DNA of 64,000 bases from Amoebophrya sp. A120 (Eukaryota > Protista > Dinoflagellata). A model generated the notes under the pieces. That model did no database searches. It was not told where the DNA came from and saw only the letters and a program-made list of their open reading frames with translations. Numbering within the stretch: position 1 is the first letter of the stretch; every line of letters starts with the position of its first letter. Position numbers and translations under genes: made by a program. Positions 61,201-64,000 of the stretch are shown here, piece after piece. The stretch is taken from NCBI GenBank assembly GCA_905178155.1, contig CAJINV010000001.1, forward strand, positions 791,643-855,642. Reading direction: 5' to 3'.

Positions 61201-63945
61201 TTGCTGCTCCTCCTTCATCTTCTCTGCAGAAGTTTTGTCTGCGTCGTTCTTCTTGCTTTCCGTTTGTATCTTGTCCTCCTTCTTTTTCGACATATCGTTA
61301 TCGTCCTTCTTTTCTGCAACCTCCGAGACCACCACGCCCACGTCTTTCTCGGGACCCGCTTCGAGGAGCTCGCCGGCCGGACCCTTGTCGTCGTCACTTT
61401 TGCGTGAAGTAGAAGCACTCGCAGCCGGCTCCGCGCTGTCCTCGTCGTCTTGGTCCTCGTCCGCAGTGTGATCGTAGTCCTCCGAATCCGATCCCTCGGG
61501 ATGTGCGTGGTCGTCGGCCCCTGCCGGCCACTGGAAGTCGTCGGGGTAGATTGCCTGCACCGGGGTGTCCATCGTGACGTTCGGCATGCACCGGTCCATG
61601 TAATTGTAAATAAACGTCGTCGCCGTCCACTTCGTCCCGCGGATAATCTCCTTCCCTATGGATTGCAAATATGTCTGGGTCTAGAACAGTGAAACTTGTC
61701 ATGCTAATTCTGGATTGTGAAAAAATCTGTGTTGCATGATTACCAGAGGTTGTCCTTTTTTGGCCAATTTTTTTCGAAGAAGTTTCTGATGCACAATAGG
61801 CACGAGAAAGATCTCGCGGAATCTGTCATGCTATGTCCTGCACACCAGACCTCATGAGTCATGGAAAACCTGCATGACAAGTCTCTGCTTTTTCCAGACC
61901 CAGACCTATTTGCGCTTGATATTCCCCTCGTGCTCGCTAATCGGATTGATCTTCGCGTTTTTGTCGCAGCTCCACCACACCGCCAAACGGCCCCGCTTGG
62001 GAATCACCTGGAGAACGAAGGTGGTACAACTGATAGCTTTGTTTTTGACTTCCAGGAGCCAGCTAGTGCCATTCACTTGTACCTCTGTAGTACACGACCT
62101 TAACGCAGCATAATTCCTCAGCACAGCTGCCACATGCGAACATTTTGTCAATAGCTACGACGATGGCAACACTCTTCTATCTATTGTGAATTTAAAGTTA
62201 ATACCTCTTTCCCAAGTTTCGGAAAATCGGTTGCGCCGCCCTCTTCAACGTCGGTCATGAACAAGTGCAGTATGGAAGTGCCAGAATCGAAATTGACAAA
62301 ATCGAAATGATTTGTCATGCATAAAATGGATTCGAGTTCGAACCCAGTTTCTAAGTGGCGCATGACAAATTCTGGTAGTGCTGCCCAAATCCAGTGCGTA
62401 ATGCTGTTTAGGCAAAGAAGGCTGATTCTCTCATGCTGCTTTAGCAGCTCGAAATCTAACCCCAAACAGACTCACAATCGGCCTCACTTGCCTGCTCTGC
62501 AACACACGTATTTCGGGTCATGCATTTTATGCATCACAAATTTGTCGATTTTGTCAAATTCGATCCTGACAGTTCCATATGCAGGGTGGCGATCAGGTTG
62601 TTGGGTTTCCCCGGGACCACGTACTTGTTCCACCAGTCCGTGTGAATCGGGTGCCCGTTACCCGGAGAATACTGCCGAACACGGGTGGTGCCTGTAGTAG
62701 GATTTGTGGTTTATCGTCCTTACGTCATAATTTTTTTGCTCTTTGAATCTGATCTTGATCCCTTGCAACTACAGCACCGATGTGCGATGCTAGGTCAGAA
62801 CAAGCACCGTATCAAAAAGCGATGCAAATTCATCACATCGTGTCAAGTTGAACTAGTACCCGGCATGTGATTGTCCAAGTCCAGCAGTGCGTGTTTTCGC
62901 AGCTCCACTTTGCGCAGCAGCGGGTGCGCGGTGACTTCCAGCTCCGTGACGCGGCCCGTGACCGACCCCCCGTGCGAGACGTCGAGCGCCGGCGTGGCTG
63001 CCTGCATGATGGCGTCCATCTCCGCATCGGAGGCAAAGTTGTCGATGTAGAACACCCGGGCGTCCTCGTCCAGCACCACTTTCCCCTTTTCGGCGGCGGC
63101 ATTCGCCTCTTGCTTCGCTTGCTCCACTTCGTCCCGCCCCACGTACAGCGGGCCGTTCTGGTACTTCTGCCCCAGGGGCCAGCCCTGGGCGCGGACCCCG
63201 TCGATTTCGAGTAATTCGTCCGATTTCCTCTTCATGTTCGCCTCGTTCTTCTCCCGCTTCTGCATCTCGCGCCGGTTGCAGTGTAGAGAGGAAAACGATT
63301 TTTTTGCTATCATCTTTTCGTTTTGGTGTCAGTATCTATTTTGCCGCGATCATACTAGTTCAAGGACGGCTCTGGTGGTTGCGGTATGATTTTTGTGGAA
63401 CAAACGCAAGCGCTTTGATTACTCTTCACACATCTGCACCATCAATTAGAGGCAAACTGCTGAATTCCTATTCTAATCCAAGATGCAAAAAGAACTACAC
63501 CGTTGCTTCTTGATAACAATATCCTGGTCACGGTTTGTATCTTGTGGCCGTTCATTTCGTCCGTGTAGGCCTGCACGCGCTTTTCGTAGGTGCGCAGGGA
63601 CTGCGCCGCGATTCCGTAGACTCCCTCGTTGTAGGTGTAGAATTTGCCGTTGCGCTCGGGGTGCGCAAAGAAATCGAACCGCACCATCGGAATGTTCCCC
63701 ATTTCCGCCGGATGGAAAGCCATGTACAGCTCCGCAACTTTCGTAATTATCTCCTCAAACTTGGCCCGCGGGTTCTCATCCAAGCCGCCCCAGTTGTTCG
63801 CCAGCACGGTCCACAGCTCCGGGTTGTTGATGCCAAACGTTCCGTTTTTGTGCAAGCAGTTGTCGAACTCGTTGCCCTCGATGCTAATCCAAAAACCCAA
63901 AATCTGCAGTTGATGTTGATCGATCATGAGAAATGCAGGGAACAA
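58203..63945 (-). CDS. Prolyl 4-hydroxylase-like 2OG-Fe(II) dioxygenase with long acidic/His-rich tail; 5' end probably off-window
   Basis: RVFYIDNFASDAE, HTD iron motif, IATL|HLFMTDVEEGGATDFP, PKRGRLAVW, SEHEG|KEIIRGTKWTAT. Junctions near 59530-59895 and 63290-63520 are unresolved, so the tail or the upstream exon could belong to separate genes. Confidence 0.8.
58366..58686. mobile_element. TIR intron-like element, family B, TSD CCGCG
   Basis: TATCGTAAGGAAAAATCCCCCCTCCCCA...TGGGGAGGGGGAATTTTTCCTTCTGATA. Removal gives HHDSA|ADSDHDD. Confidence 0.95.
58987..59320. mobile_element. TIR intron-like element, family J, TSD GTCGC (left end TGT)
   Basis: TGTCCGGGAGG..AAAATTTGAGTCAT / ATGACTCAAAATTT..CCTCGGGATA. 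Removal gives RPRD|SDAEHQ. Confidence 0.8.
60135..60372. mobile_element. TIR intron-like element, family G, TSD GAGGC/GAGGA
   Basis: TATGGCGTTCTCAATCATTACACTCTCAACTGTT...AACAGTTGAGAATGTAACATTTGAGAGCTCCATA. Removal gives EGHSS|LESSDD. Confidence 0.92.
60427..60590. mobile_element. TIR intron-like element, family F, TSD CCTCT/CCTCA
   Basis: TATGCACTTTGCAAAAGCATCGCA...CACGATACTTTTGCACTGCATA. Removal gives DISE|ESGDDL. Confidence 0.9.
60716..61001. mobile_element. TIR intron-like element, family E-like, TSD GAGCC/GCGCC
   Basis: TATCATGTGCAAAAAAGTTCCCGCCCAAGA / TCTAGGGTGGGAGCGTTTGTGACCAGAATA. Removal gives KRRA|HMQGEK. Confidence 0.85.
61657..61921. mobile_element. TIR intron-like element, family A, TSD TTCCC
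   Basis: Family A TIRs. Removal rejoins the catalytic His motif SEHEG|KEIIRGTKW. Confidence 0.95.
62271..62579. mobile_element. TIR intron-like element, family C, TSD TGCAG
   Basis: TATGGAAGTGCCAGAATCGAAATTGACAAAATCGA...TCGATTTTGTCAAATTCGATCCTGACAGTTCCATA. Removal rejoins IATL|HLFMTDVEEGG. Confidence 0.95.
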
Positions 63946-64000
63946 GCATGAAGCATGTTGACGAAATTTTGAAAATGATTTTTGGATGCAACAATCGCGA

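Noticed and set aside
1278-61702. Recurrent peptides in the ORF track (CKNVWVWK, FQTQTF, KMSGSG, KIPPPHI, WGGGIFP) suggesting a repeated protein domain
   Set aside because: They are translations of family A and B TIRs in various frames, not real protein motifs.
3005-62579. Interpreting the host genes as MITE-disrupted pseudogenes
   Set aside because: The exons I reconstructed show no other stops or frameshifts, and conserved genes such as RAD1 keep their motifs despite multiple, partly aged insertions.

Overview
Eukaryotic genomic DNA. Every gene I can reconstruct (about 15) lies on the minus strand, and the architecture suggests a parasitic dinoflagellate (Syndiniales/Amoebophrya-like; this is inference). 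Recognisable genes: a two-RRM RNA-binding protein, an IU-nucleoside-hydrolase-like protein, two CCCH zinc-finger proteins, RPB8, RAD1, a large secreted protein with an FkbM-like domain, a cytochrome b561, a large LRR protein, an LRRC34-like protein, an EF-hand protein and a prolyl 4-hydroxylase. The dominant signal is about 35 short (mostly 150-380 bp) non-coding elements from about 10 families with different terminal inverted repeats (TIRs). Nearly all start TAT and end ATA, are flanked by a 5-bp direct repeat (target-site duplication, TSD; 24 perfect, 7 with one mismatch), carry several TTGT(C/G/A)ATGC motifs and sit inside coding sequence. Removing each element plus one repeat copy restores the reading frame and conserved motifs. 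They occur in either orientation and almost never have GT-AG ends. They behave as transposon-derived, seamlessly removed non-canonical introns, alongside ordinary GT-AG introns. No transposase is encoded in the window.
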